Virus record (IMG/VR): IMGVR_UViG_3300005844_000023
Coordinates: 1,507 to 65,506 of that record
Strand: one strand, 5' to 3'
Length of the DNA stretch: 64,000 nucleotides
Origin: a virus
Lineage: Duplodnaviria > Caudoviricetes
A model generated the notes under the pieces. It saw only the letters and a program-made list of their open reading frames with translations, searched no databases and was not told where the DNA came from. Position numbers and translations under genes: made by a program. This document shows, piece after piece, positions 44,813 through 53,825 of the stretch (the first letter of the stretch is position 1; the number at the start of each line of letters is the position of its first letter).

Positions 44813-45247
44813 TTAGACTCCCGCTCTGTTTTGCGCTTCTTGACAGACTTCGCTGACGATGCGCGGCCATTCCTGCGCCGAGATGCGCACGAATCCGGAC
44901 GGCGCTTGTTTGCTGCTGCCGTATTCGAGAAAACCGACGTAGTTCGCGGTCCAGCCGACGAAGATGGTCTGGCCAATCTGCGCGCCGTTGATGACCAGCG
45001 AAACCTGCCCCGTCGTGTCGCCGTAGGCGCGCCCGCGCTCGCCGCGAAAGGCCACGTCGATCAGCGGCATGGATTCAAGCGAAGCGCGAATGGAGGCGCG
45101 TGCGAAGCCGGTGTCGACCGGGATGCGCTTCTGCGCTTGCGTCACCACGCGCTGCGTCGATTCGCGAAACACCGCCGTCATGCGGCGGCTGGATTGTCTG
45201 ACCCAATCCGTGACATCTGCGCCAAATTGCAAATTGCTGACGGTCAT
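44813..45247 (-). CDS. HK97 gp10-like tail completion protein
   Basis: PVDTGFARAS; Y..FLEYGSS.QAP.GFVR. Confidence 0.8.
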   Translation of the reverse strand: MTVSNLQFGADVTDWVRQSSRRMTAVFRESTQRVVTQAQKRIPVDTGFARASIRASLESMPLIDVAFRGERGRAYGDTTGQVSLVINGAQIGQTIFVGWTANYVGFLEYGSSKQAPSGFVRISAQEWPRIVSEVCQEAQNRAGV

Positions 45248-46263
45248 TCGATGTTCGCCAAGAAGTCCACGCGCTCTTCGAGCCAGCACCGGCAATTGAT
45301 GACTTCTTCCGGCGGGCCGTTGGGATCGCCGGGATAGCCGAGCAAATTGCCAGCGCCGGTCACGAACAATTCGTCGATGCCGACAGTTTCGCCGTCCATC
45401 GCGGCGTGGCTCTCGCGCGTGCGATTGTCTTTGGTGGCGCGCCAGGTCTTGCGCACGTCGGCGGGGTCAAGCCCGTTCTCGACGGCCTGCTGGAAGGCTT
45501 GGCGTTGCGCCTCGTGCAGCGAGGTCAATGCCTCGGTGCGCGCGATCGTCTCGGCGCGATACCGCAGCGCGCGGTTGCGATAGTTGGTCAACGCCGCGTT
45601 GATCGTGCTGTCGGGGATCGGTTCGCCGGTCTCGATGGCGCGGCGGATCGCGGGGTCGAAACGCGCATCGCGCAACGCGCGATCGAGCGCCGCCGGATCG
45701 AGATTGCGCAATTCCTCGGCGTAATTGGCGAGCCATTGCTCTTGCGAACTGGTCAGACCGATGAAGCCGCCCTCGCGGCGTCCAGTGGCGGGGTTGACGC
45801 GCCCGACGAGATTGAGCGCCATCGTGCGCGGGTTGTTGCCCGCCGCCATCCCGGTGGTCAGAAACGCGCGGATCATGTCGCGTTGATCGGCGATGATCTG
45901 CACGACCTTGGTCGACGATCGCTCGAACAGATAGCGTTCCGCCGTGGGATTGCGCACGTCAAATTGAAACACGGTGCGCAGCCCGGTGACGGGATCGCTC
46001 AAGACCGGCAGCGTCGAAGTGACGGCGTTGGCACCGGCTTCGAACATGCGCGAGATCGCGATGTCCCAGGGACGAAAGGCGATCGGATCGAGCTGCACGG
46101 CTTGCAGCGCCGTTTCGATGTCGCCGCGCGCCAATGCCTTCTCGATGTTGTCGAGTTGCGCGGCCGAACGCATGAGCGCGATCGACTCCATGAACGCGCG
46201 GCGCAACACCGGGTCCCAGAGCTCGATCAGCTTGTCGATGCGCGCGGTGCGCGTCGTTGCCAC
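45244..46263 (-). CDS. MuF/SPP1 gp7-like head morphogenesis protein
   Basis: RAETIARTE; K.W.AT.D.RTR.SH..MDG; L.YPGDP.GPPEEVINCRC. Confidence 0.85.
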   Translation of the reverse strand: MATTRTARIDKLIELWDPVLRRAFMESIALMRSAAQLDNIEKALARGDIETALQAVQLDPIAFRPWDIAISRMFEAGANAVTSTLPVLSDPVTGLRTVFQFDVRNPTAERYLFERSSTKVVQIIADQRDMIRAFLTTGMAAGNNPRTMALNLVGRVNPATGRREGGFIGLTSSQEQWLANYAEELRNLDPAALDRALRDARFDPAIRRAIETGEPIPDSTINAALTNYRNRALRYRAETIARTEALTSLHEAQRQAFQQAVENGLDPADVRKTWRATKDNRTRESHAAMDGETVGIDELFVTGAGNLLGYPGDPNGPPEEVINCRCWLEERVDFLANIE

Positions 46264-46264
46264 G

Positions 46265-46477
46265 TCAATGCACCGTGACGGGGGTAACGGTGATGTAGGT
46301 GACGCCAGCGATCACGATTTCGGTGCTCCAATGATAATCGTCGTGGCGCTGCCAGGTATGGCCGAGCGTGTCGGTGATCATCCCGACGGCGAATTCGAAT
46401 TCGAAATAGATGTGTTCGTTGGCGGCGGGCAGCCGCACCGCCCTGGTCTCGATCACGAACGCACTTTCAGTTCCCAC
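46265..46477 (-). CDS. Small hypothetical protein
   Basis: ORF track. Confidence 0.5.
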   Translation of the reverse strand: MGTESAFVIETRAVRLPAANEHIYFEFEFAVGMITDTLGHTWQRHDDYHWSTEIVIAGVTYITVTPVTVH

Positions 46478-46809
46478 GTCGCCAGCGCGGGGTCGCTCGC
46501 CACCGCCATGACGGTGTAGATGGCGCTGCGGATGGTGATGCGGTCGTTCGGCAGCGGCGTCACGCCAAGCGTGGTCGCCAGAATGAGCACCTTGCGTTCG
46601 TTGAACTTGACGGTGCCATCGAGGCGAAAGCGTTCGGCGTAGTCCTCGACGATGGCCTTGCAGGTGTAGCTGGTCTCGGTCGGCACCGGCGGGTCGGCCG
46701 GGTCGGTGATCGTTCCCGCCACGTCGCGCGCGAGCGTCGCGTCGAGAAACAGGAACGACATCGCCTGCCCGATGGTGGCGGCAAGTGAGCCTTCGAGCGG
46801 GGATGTCAT
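46453..46809 (-). CDS. Head closure (head-tail joining) protein
   Basis: Position; P.PNDRI.I....Y.V.AV..DPA.ATWEL.VR. Confidence 0.7.
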   Translation of the reverse strand: MTSPLEGSLAATIGQAMSFLFLDATLARDVAGTITDPADPPVPTETSYTCKAIVEDYAERFRLDGTVKFNERKVLILATTLGVTPLPNDRITIRSAIYTVMAVASDPALATWELKVRS

Positions 46810-46810
46810 G

Positions 46811-47320
46811 TCAGCCCCTCACCGCCGTGCCTTGCAGTCCGCCGCCGCTGCCGGCGAGCAATCCGTCGAGAATGCCGTCGATCAGCGAGAACACCGCAAA
46901 CGGCGTGGCGTTGGCTCCGTAGTCGATCTCGACCGAGCCAGCCTTGAGGCGCTTGGCCTGGCCGCCGCGATCGATGTCCGGCATGGTCGAGCCCGGCGAT
47001 GCGAGTTCGCGCAACGCCAGCTCGCAGGTGGCGTCGATGATCTCGACCGGTATTTCGTCGGCGGCGATCACGTTGCCCGCATCGTCGGTGGCATTGGCGC
47101 GCGGCCATTCCAGGTTCTGGTCGCGGCCATTGGTGCGCGTGCCGGGAAACCGCTTGCGGTAGGTGGCGTCGAGCACTTGCGTCGCGCGCACCAGCGCCGT
47201 CTCGGTGTCGCCCACCGTCACGGTGTAATTGCGATCCTCGACATAGGTGTCGAAGTCGTCTTCCGACGCGTATGAGGTCGCGCCCGCAACGCCTGTCCCA
47301 TCTTCAACGACGAAGGCCAT
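46811..47320 (-). CDS. Head-tail adaptor (DnaT-like ssDNA-binding family)
   Basis: F.VEDGTGV.GA.SY.S; Q.LEWPR; IP.EI..ATCELA; KAGSVEI.Y. Confidence 0.8.
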   Translation of the reverse strand: MAFVVEDGTGVAGATSYASEDDFDTYVEDRNYTVTVGDTETALVRATQVLDATYRKRFPGTRTNGRDQNLEWPRANATDDAGNVIAADEIPVEIIDATCELALRELASPGSTMPDIDRGGQAKRLKAGSVEIDYGANATPFAVFSLIDGILDGLLAGSGGGLQGTAVRG

Positions 47321-47326
47321 TGCGCG

Positions 47327-47638
47327 TCACCTCGTCTTCACTTTGAGCTTGATGGATTGATCGTAGGTTCTGCCGCCCGTGGTCTCGATCCGGTTGACGA
47401 AGGTGTAGGTCGATCCTTCGGTGCCTCCACTGAGCCAGATCGTGGTGCCGCTGCGGTTCGGCAGATCGCCGATGGTGACGTTGTTGTCGAAGCTCTCGGC
47501 GATGTCGTTGATGCCGGTCGGCACGATCCACAACGACGTCGAGATCGCGTCGCTGTCGCCGAGCCGCGCGGTCCAATCGCAGATGAAGTCCTCGATCTCG
47601 TCGGGGTCCTTCTTCGCCGCCCATTTCAGAAAGGCCAT
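47327..47638 (-). CDS. Fibre-tail adaptor-like structural protein
   Basis: KDPDE..DF..DW..RL..SD.I..S.W; T.IWLSGG..G..Y...NRI.T..GR. Confidence 0.65.
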   Translation of the reverse strand: MAFLKWAAKKDPDEIEDFICDWTARLGDSDAISTSLWIVPTGINDIAESFDNNVTIGDLPNRSGTTIWLSGGTEGSTYTFVNRIETTGGRTYDQSIKLKVKTR

Positions 47639-47826
47639 GTTGCCGTCTCCCTTATTCTCGTGACGACAGCAACGCGATTGTCCGCAGCGACGGTCACGAT
47701 CCGGCTGGGCAGCGTGGTGGACGGATTGAACACGAACGGCACGTAAGCGCCGGTGCCGCTGGCATTGCCGACGGCAGAGATGATCGCCGCGCCCGCGCCC
47801 TGTGCGCCGCCTGCCCCGTCGGTCAT
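47626..47826 (-). CDS. Short protein resembling the C-terminus of the repeat fibre
   Basis: One A/G/S repeat + RIVTVAADNR. Confidence 0.5.
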   Translation of the reverse strand: MTDGAGGAQGAGAAIISAVGNASGTGAYVPFVFNPSTTLPSRIVTVAADNRVAVVTRIRETATWPF

Positions 47827-50800
47827 GCGGCCTCCGCAGTCAGAACGGTGCGCGCGTCATCGAGCACGGTGACGATGCGATTGTCGGCGAGCGCATAGAC
47901 GATGCGATCCGGATCGGTCGGCGACTTGATGATGGCGACGCCGTGCGCGACCGCCAATCCGCTCCCGGAAGCCTCGCCGACCGCCTCGCCCTGGCTGAGC
48001 GCGATGGCGAGCCCAAGTGCCGCACCGCTTCCCGTTGCCGCGCCGACCGCAGCCGCCGTGACGGCGCTGACAGCAGCGGCGGTGCCCGAACCGGATGCCG
48101 CGCCGATGGCTGCCGGGCTGGCAAGAGCAACGCCGCTCGCGGCACCCGATCCGGACGCCGCACCGATCGCTGCCTTGACGCGGACGCCGATCGCGGCGGC
48201 TGCGCCAGAGCCCGTGGCTGCCCCGATCGACGCTCGAACCACCGAGCCGATCGCCGCAGCGGTGCCGGAGCCGGTCGCGGCCCCGACCGATGACTTGATG
48301 GCAGTGATGGCACCGCTTGCAGTGCCCAAACCGGTGGCTGCGCCAACAGCGGCGGCGGTGGCCGCGCCGACGGCTTGCGCGCTGCCAGTACCCGAGGCCG
48401 ATCCGACGTTGACGCCGGCTTGCGCGCCCGTGCCGGACGTTGCGCCAGTGCCTGCGGCTGATCCTGCCGCCGCAGCGATGGTTGCGCCGGTCGCCGCTGC
48501 GGTGCCGGTGCCGGTGGCGCTGCCCGCCGCCGCAGTGCTCTTTTCTCCAATGCCTGTTGCGGTGCCCGAGCCGGTGGCGGCCCCGACGCTCGATTTGATC
48601 GCGGTGATGACGCCAGTGGCCGCGCCGCTCGAGGTGGCCGAACCCGTGGCGGCAGCGATCGAGCTGCCGGTGGCCGATGCAGCCCCGGTGCCCGAGGCCG
48701 CGCCGATCGCGACGCCCGCGACGCCCGAGGTGGCGGTGGCCACGCCCGTGCCGGTGGCCGAGCCTGCCGCAGCAGCAGTGACGGCACTGAGGGCGGAAGC
48801 CGCACCGCTGCCGCTGGCAGAACCCACCGAGGCGGCTGTGGTCGCCCCGATCGCGGCGGCCGTGCCCGTGCCAGTGGCCGAGCCGACCGATGATTTGATG
48901 GCGGTGGCGGTCGCCGCAGCGGTGCCGGTGCCGGTGGCCGCGCCCGTGGCGGCGTTGGTCGATGCCCCGATGCCAGCAGCCGCGCCAGACCCGCTGGCAG
49001 CGCCCGTGGCTGCGCTAGTCTTGGCACCTATGCCGGTGGCCGCACCTGTGCCGCTGGCCGCACCAGTGGCCGCCGCTGTGGCTGCAGCGGTGCCGGTCGC
49101 GGTGCCTGATCCCGTCGCCGTCCCGACGGCAGCCGCGATCGCCGCTCCGGTGGCCGCGCCGGTTCCGGTGCCGGTCGCCGATCCGACAGCCGATGAGATC
49201 GTGGCCGCGACCGAGCCGACGCCGCTGGCCGCGCCGGTCCCGGCGGCGGCCCCGACGGCGCTTGAAATCGCGGTCCCGGCGGCAGATGCCGCGCCAGTGC
49301 CACTGGCAGCGCCCGTGGCAGCGTCCGTGGCCGCGCCGGTAGCCGAACCCGCGCCCGAGCCGGTTGCGCTACCAGCGGCCGCCGCTGTGGCTGCGCCGAC
49401 GCCTGTGGCAACACCCGAGCCGGTGGCAGAGCCGACGCCGGATTGCGTCTGAACCGAAAGCCCGACCCCGCTGGCCGCGCCGCTGCCTGATGCCGCGCCC
49501 ACCGACGACTTGATCGCGGTGCCCGATGCGGCGGCGGTTCCCGTGCCCGTTGCCGAGCCGGTCGCGGCGGCGGTGGCCGCGCCGATCCCTGTTCCTGTTC
49601 CTGTTCCTGTCGCCGAGCCGGTCGAGGCGGCGGTCGACGCGCCGACGCCCGTGGCCGCGCCTGAACCTGTGGCCGCGCCGGTCGACGCGGCGGTCTTGTT
49701 GCCGACGGCGGCGGCGGTGCCCGAACCGCTGGCCGAGCCAGCGGCGGCGGCGAACGCGACGCTGGTGGCGCTGGCTGCGCCCGTTCCGCTCGCGGCTCCT
49801 GCCGCTGCGGCGATCGAGGCTCCGACGCCGGTCGCGGTGCCGGTGCCGCTGGCAGCGCCGGTCGCGGCAGACGTCTTGTTGCCGACTGCCGCTGCCGTGC
49901 CCGAGCCGGTGGCACTGCCGGTGGCGGCGGCGGTGGAATTGCCGACGGCGGCGGCGGTGCCTGAGCCGGTAGCCGCGCCGACGGCGGATGTGGTGGTGCC
50001 GGTGGCGACAGCCTCGCCAACAGCGAGCGCGACGCCCGAGCCCGTCGCGCTGCCGACAGCGGCAGCGATCGAGGCCCCGACGGCGGCTGCGCTGCCCGTC
50101 CCGTCCGCGTCGCCAACACCGTTCGCAAAGGCGACGCCGACAGCGGCGGCGCTGCCGAACCCATCGGCGTCGGCGTCCGCCTCGACGATCGGCGTCTTGT
50201 ATTGGTAGGCGTAGAGAAACAGCGCCTTGCGGGCGTTGGTGCCGGACGCGATGCCCGCGACCGAGAACCCGCTGGTGTCGCGGCCGAGATTGTACCACGC
50301 CGAAATGCTGACGTTGGTGGCAGCGGTGGAGCCGCTGGTGGCGCTGTTGATCCAACTGACGCCGGAGACGGCGCTGTCTCCGGTCGCGATAGTGATCGCG
50401 CCCTCCTGCGCGATGCTCCAGAGATAGAGATAATCGCCGCGCGCGAGTCCGGCGAGCGTTGCGCTGATGCCAGCGACGCCGCTGGTGACGATGCCGGTCT
50501 CGTCGCCGAGCACCAGCGAGCCGGTGACGATGCCCTCGAAGACGCCGCCGAGAAACGCTCTCGCAACAACGCCGCTGCTGAACGGCACGCCGCTGGAATG
50601 ACCGGCGACGAAGCTGACGGTCGAGGCCGATCCGGTGGCGGACTTCCCCGTCGTCTGCTGAACGAAGATGCTGTGAACGATGCCGCTCTGCACCGTGCTC
50701 GCGCCGACGCGAATGCTTTGCGTCGGTGCCCACGAGGTGAGCGTGCCCGCCGGGATCGGAGCCGACAGCGTGACGGCGTTGACCGTGAAGGTGCCGTCGG

Positions 50801-50951
50801 CACCGGTGCAGCGGCCGGGATCATAGACGCCGTAGGCAACGACGACGTCGCCGGTGCCGATCTGCAAGCCGCTGGTCATCGCCGCAGAAGCGACGATGCC
50901 GGTGGCCTTGAAGACGGTGCCGAAGGCGAATGTAAACGTCGGCGAAGCCAT
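47823..50951 (-). CDS. Large Ala/Gly/Ser/Thr repeat structural protein (fibre-like)
   Basis: 1042 aa; about 250-aa beta-rich N-terminal domain followed by 20-aa tandem repeats. Confidence 0.8.
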   Translation of the reverse strand: MASPTFTFAFGTVFKATGIVASAAMTSGLQIGTGDVVVAYGVYDPGRCTGADGTFTVNAVTLSAPIPAGTLTSWAPTQSIRVGASTVQSGIVHSIFVQQTTGKSATGSASTVSFVAGHSSGVPFSSGVVARAFLGGVFEGIVTGSLVLGDETGIVTSGVAGISATLAGLARGDYLYLWSIAQEGAITIATGDSAVSGVSWINSATSGSTAATNVSISAWYNLGRDTSGFSVAGIASGTNARKALFLYAYQYKTPIVEADADADGFGSAAAVGVAFANGVGDADGTGSAAAVGASIAAAVGSATGSGVALAVGEAVATGTTTSAVGAATGSGTAAAVGNSTAAATGSATGSGTAAAVGNKTSAATGAASGTGTATGVGASIAAAAGAASGTGAASATSVAFAAAAGSASGSGTAAAVGNKTAASTGAATGSGAATGVGASTAASTGSATGTGTGTGIGAATAAATGSATGTGTAAASGTAIKSSVGAASGSGAASGVGLSVQTQSGVGSATGSGVATGVGAATAAAAGSATGSGAGSATGAATDAATGAASGTGAASAAGTAISSAVGAAAGTGAASGVGSVAATISSAVGSATGTGTGAATGAAIAAAVGTATGSGTATGTAAATAAATGAASGTGAATGIGAKTSAATGAASGSGAAAGIGASTNAATGAATGTGTAAATATAIKSSVGSATGTGTAAAIGATTAASVGSASGSGAASALSAVTAAAAGSATGTGVATATSGVAGVAIGAASGTGAASATGSSIAAATGSATSSGAATGVITAIKSSVGAATGSGTATGIGEKSTAAAGSATGTGTAAATGATIAAAAGSAAGTGATSGTGAQAGVNVGSASGTGSAQAVGAATAAAVGAATGLGTASGAITAIKSSVGAATGSGTAAAIGSVVRASIGAATGSGAAAAIGVRVKAAIGAASGSGAASGVALASPAAIGAASGSGTAAAVSAVTAAAVGAATGSGAALGLAIALSQGEAVGEASGSGLAVAHGVAIIKSPTDPDRIVYALADNRIVTVLDDARTVLTAEAA

Positions 50952-50957
50952 GACGCG

Positions 50958-52298
50958 TCAATCCATTCTCGGCACGCAGGTGGCTCTCAGACTGCCCATT
51001 CCTCCGACGACGGGTCCGAGAAATTCAAAATGCTCGCTGAGCAAATCTCCCCACCATTTGCCGTCCATCGGCGGATGAGCCGCAGCGATCTCGGCGATCC
51101 AGCCCTCGTTGGCGGGGCGATCGACGATCTCGAAATAAGCGACGCGACGCGTCAGCTTGGCGATGTCCTTGAGCACGGCATTGAGCGAGGCGAACTCGAC
51201 GTGCTCCAGCACGTTGACGCACACCACGATGTCGGCTGGTTCCGGCGTCTGATCCTTTCCCGGCACGCCGGGGTCGTATTGCTTGATCGGCTTGCCGAGC
51301 GTCTTCGCCAGTTCGCCCTTGCCGCAGCCGTAGTCGAGAACGTCGTCGCTGCCGATCGCGCGCATCAGCAGCGCGACCGCCTTGTTGTGCAGGCTGCCGC
51401 GACCGAATTGACCGTCGATCTGATGCAGCCAACGCAGCGTGTCGCGGTAGTCGTCGCTGATCAGCGCGTTGCTCTGCACCACGCCATCGAGGAAGATCGT
51501 CGGCTCCCAGCCGATCGGCTTCCACCATCGCTTGCGAACGACGCCGCCGTCCTTGCCTAATAGATTGATCCGCTCGGAAAACAGATTCTCGCCATGCGTG
51601 GTGAAGCGGCAAATCTGGCCGCGATCGAGCATGAACTTGAACATCTCCTCGGCGGCGTTGAGCATCATCTCCGAGGTGAGAAATCTCTTGCCGTTGCACT
51701 CGACCTCGAAGGCGCGATGCGGCGCGCTCGGGTGCGGCCCCGCCCACGAGGCTCCCGGCTCGTAGCTGCAATCCATGCCGTAGAGCTCGAAGCGGTGAAA
51801 GCCGAGGCAGTGCCCCACCGCCAGCGCGCGCAATCCGGCGGTCGATCCGCCGAACAGCACGATGCCGTCGTTCTCGACCTCCTCGATGATGTCGCAATCG
51901 TCGCGATCGTCGCCGCCCTTGGCGTGCCACAGCAGCACCCGATGAGTGGCGAGTTGATCGAACAAGACGGCGTTGCACACCGACGAGATGCAATACGTCG
52001 TCTGATGACAGGGATGGCGAAGAAACTTGGCCTTGTGCGGGCGCGGATCGTACTCGACGTGATAGGTCGGGATGATCTTGCGCGAGATCAGAAAGTCGTG
52101 CGCGCCCGATGTGGTGCAAACGAACGGCGTCTTGATGTCGCGCCAGGTCTCCTTGAGCGACGGCCCGTAGCCGCAGATCGCCAGAACGTCATCGCGCGGC
52201 GGTAATGGTTTGAGACGTGGTAGATCGCGGCGAACGTTTTCCCGCATTCGCTGCAATCGCTCCTCGCCGTCGATCGCAACCGTGACCGCGAATTTCAT
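50958..52298 (-). CDS. Maf/DUF115 (MptE-like) domain fused to a class I SAM methyltransferase
   Basis: ICGYGPSL...T.GAHDFL....I.P.Y....DP; GGST.G.RA.......G......YGMDCS; C-terminal VLDYGCGKG. Confidence 0.7.
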   Translation of the reverse strand: MKFAVTVAIDGEERLQRMRENVRRDLPRLKPLPPRDDVLAICGYGPSLKETWRDIKTPFVCTTSGAHDFLISRKIIPTYHVEYDPRPHKAKFLRHPCHQTTYCISSVCNAVLFDQLATHRVLLWHAKGGDDRDDCDIIEEVENDGIVLFGGSTAGLRALAVGHCLGFHRFELYGMDCSYEPGASWAGPHPSAPHRAFEVECNGKRFLTSEMMLNAAEEMFKFMLDRGQICRFTTHGENLFSERINLLGKDGGVVRKRWWKPIGWEPTIFLDGVVQSNALISDDYRDTLRWLHQIDGQFGRGSLHNKAVALLMRAIGSDDVLDYGCGKGELAKTLGKPIKQYDPGVPGKDQTPEPADIVVCVNVLEHVEFASLNAVLKDIAKLTRRVAYFEIVDRPANEGWIAEIAAAHPPMDGKWWGDLLSEHFEFLGPVVGGMGSLRATCVPRMD

Positions 52299-52699
52299 CC
52301 ACCACGCCACTCCTTGTCGCGCGCCGCCATGATGCGGCGGCGAACCTCGGCGGCGTCCGCGTCGAGATCGATCCCGGCCTTGACCGAGCTAAGCACCGCG
52401 TCTTCCATCGCCTCGCGCATGGCGATGCCCTGACGTTGCCGATGTGGCGATGCCTTGATCGAGATGCCCACCGCCATCACCACGCGCCCGGTCTCGCGTT
52501 CCTTGAGCCAGCGTTTGGAATATTGCTTGAGATATTTGGGCACGCGTTTGCTCTCCAGCCGTGCCAGATGCAGCAACGCGAGCATTTCATGATCGGTGGC
52601 GGGCTGTTGCCAGCCGGGGAACACCTCGGCCCACAACAGACGCGCCGCCGTCACGTCGAGTTCAAGCAGGCAGCGCGAGAACTCGTCGGAATGCTTCAT
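52295..52699 (-). CDS. Hypothetical protein
   Basis: ORF; ATGA coupling. Confidence 0.65.
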   Translation of the reverse strand: MKHSDEFSRCLLELDVTAARLLWAEVFPGWQQPATDHEMLALLHLARLESKRVPKYLKQYSKRWLKERETGRVVMAVGISIKASPHRQRQGIAMREAMEDAVLSSVKAGIDLDADAAEVRRRIMAARDKEWRGG

Positions 52700-52893
52700 T
52701 CGCGATAGCGCGCCTTGACCCGCACGCGCGCCGCCGAGATGCGCGCCCTGATCTCGTCAGGGTTCACGACGCCATCGAGCGCAGCCTGCTTGATGGCCTC
52801 GACCATCGCGGCCTGCATCTCGACGGCGTAGCGCGGGCGCGAGCGGCGCGCGCTTGCCGCCTGCGCGGAACCAACAGCTTCGACGATTGGCAA
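52696..52893 (-). CDS. Small protein similar to the C-terminus of 52295-52699
   Basis: EMQAAMVEAIKQAALDG vs AMREAMEDAVLSSVKAG; TTG start after GGAG. Confidence 0.5.
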   Translation of the reverse strand: MPIVEAVGSAQAASARRSRPRYAVEMQAAMVEAIKQAALDGVVNPDEIRARISAARVRVKARYRE

Positions 52894-52910
52894 AGCGTCC
52901 TCCCTCTGCG

Positions 52911-53363
52911 TTAGTCGAGCGTGATCGTCGTCGCGGTGGTGAGGCGCGGCGTGATGCCCGAACCGGTGGTGATGTTGGGTGTGACCGTTCCCGACCACAG
53001 GATCGCGCTGGCACCGCCGCCGGACTTGCCGGTGGAGAAGAACGACACCACGTCGGACGATGACGTGCCCGCCGGGAAGTCGATGTTGGAAACCGGCGAG
53101 ACGAGGCCGGGTGCGTCAGGCGAAACCACCGAGCCGAGCAGCGACCAGGCCGCCGTGGTGCGCGCCACGTTGACGCGCGTGTACGACGTGTAAGTCGTCT
53201 CGGAGGTGTTCTGAAAGCCCTGGTCGGTGGGGTCTGCGGTGTGCAGGGCGATGACGATGTTGGTCTCGGGCGTACCGGCAGCGTTGTCGGCGTAGTTCGC
53301 CCAAGCCACGGCCCTGAAGATCAGATTCAGGATCGCGCTTTCGGTCAAGTTAGAGATGGTCAT
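52911..53363 (-). CDS. Virion structural protein
   Basis: IALHTADPTD...SE..YTSY.RV.VAR family; similar in kind to 38119-38529. Confidence 0.7.
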   Translation of the reverse strand: MTISNLTESAILNLIFRAVAWANYADNAAGTPETNIVIALHTADPTDQGFQNTSETTYTSYTRVNVARTTAAWSLLGSVVSPDAPGLVSPVSNIDFPAGTSSSDVVSFFSTGKSGGGASAILWSGTVTPNITTGSGITPRLTTATTITLD

Positions 53364-53806
53364 GATGGGGGTTCCTTGGCGGCTGCACTGAGAGCCGAGA
53401 TCATGGATGCTCGATCGAGCGTGTCGAAAATGATGCCGCGCGCGTGCGCAAGTTCGGTGAGTTGCTTGTTGCTGAGACGCATCAACTCGCGCGTGGTCAC
53501 GGGCGCGGTCTTGAGCGGATCGACGGCCATAACTTCTGGGGCTTGCGCATCGGGCAAAGCCGGAACGTCATCGCGCGTGAGGTGTTCGACATGAATGCCA
53601 GCACCCGCGTAGGCGATCCGGATGCGAGCGGCGTGGGTCGGATGCACGGACGGCATCATCACCACGCGCTCGCACGACTCGATGTCACCCGCGAACACCG
53701 AAGCGTCGCGGGTGACGGCCTTGCCGCCTTTTGCTCGCATTGCCAGCGCGAGTTGCTTGGCTTGCGCGAAGTCGTTGCCCCAGAAGAAGATGGCCGAGGT
53801 CTGCAT
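53360..53806 (-). CDS. Capsid-associated protein with C-terminal HeH/Rho-N-like motif
   Basis: Follows MCP; L.RLSNKQLTELA..RGI....L.RA.MI.AL. Confidence 0.55.
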   Translation of the reverse strand: MQTSAIFFWGNDFAQAKQLALAMRAKGGKAVTRDASVFAGDIESCERVVMMPSVHPTHAARIRIAYAGAGIHVEHLTRDDVPALPDAQAPEVMAVDPLKTAPVTTRELMRLSNKQLTELAHARGIIFDTLDRASMISALSAAAKEPPS

Positions 53807-53825
53807 AATTCCTCCACGTTTGTTA

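Noticed and set aside
47840-50839. Long Pro/Arg- or PVAAP-repeat ORFs in other frames and strand
   Set aside because: Frame and antisense shadows of the 60-nt repeat fibre gene.
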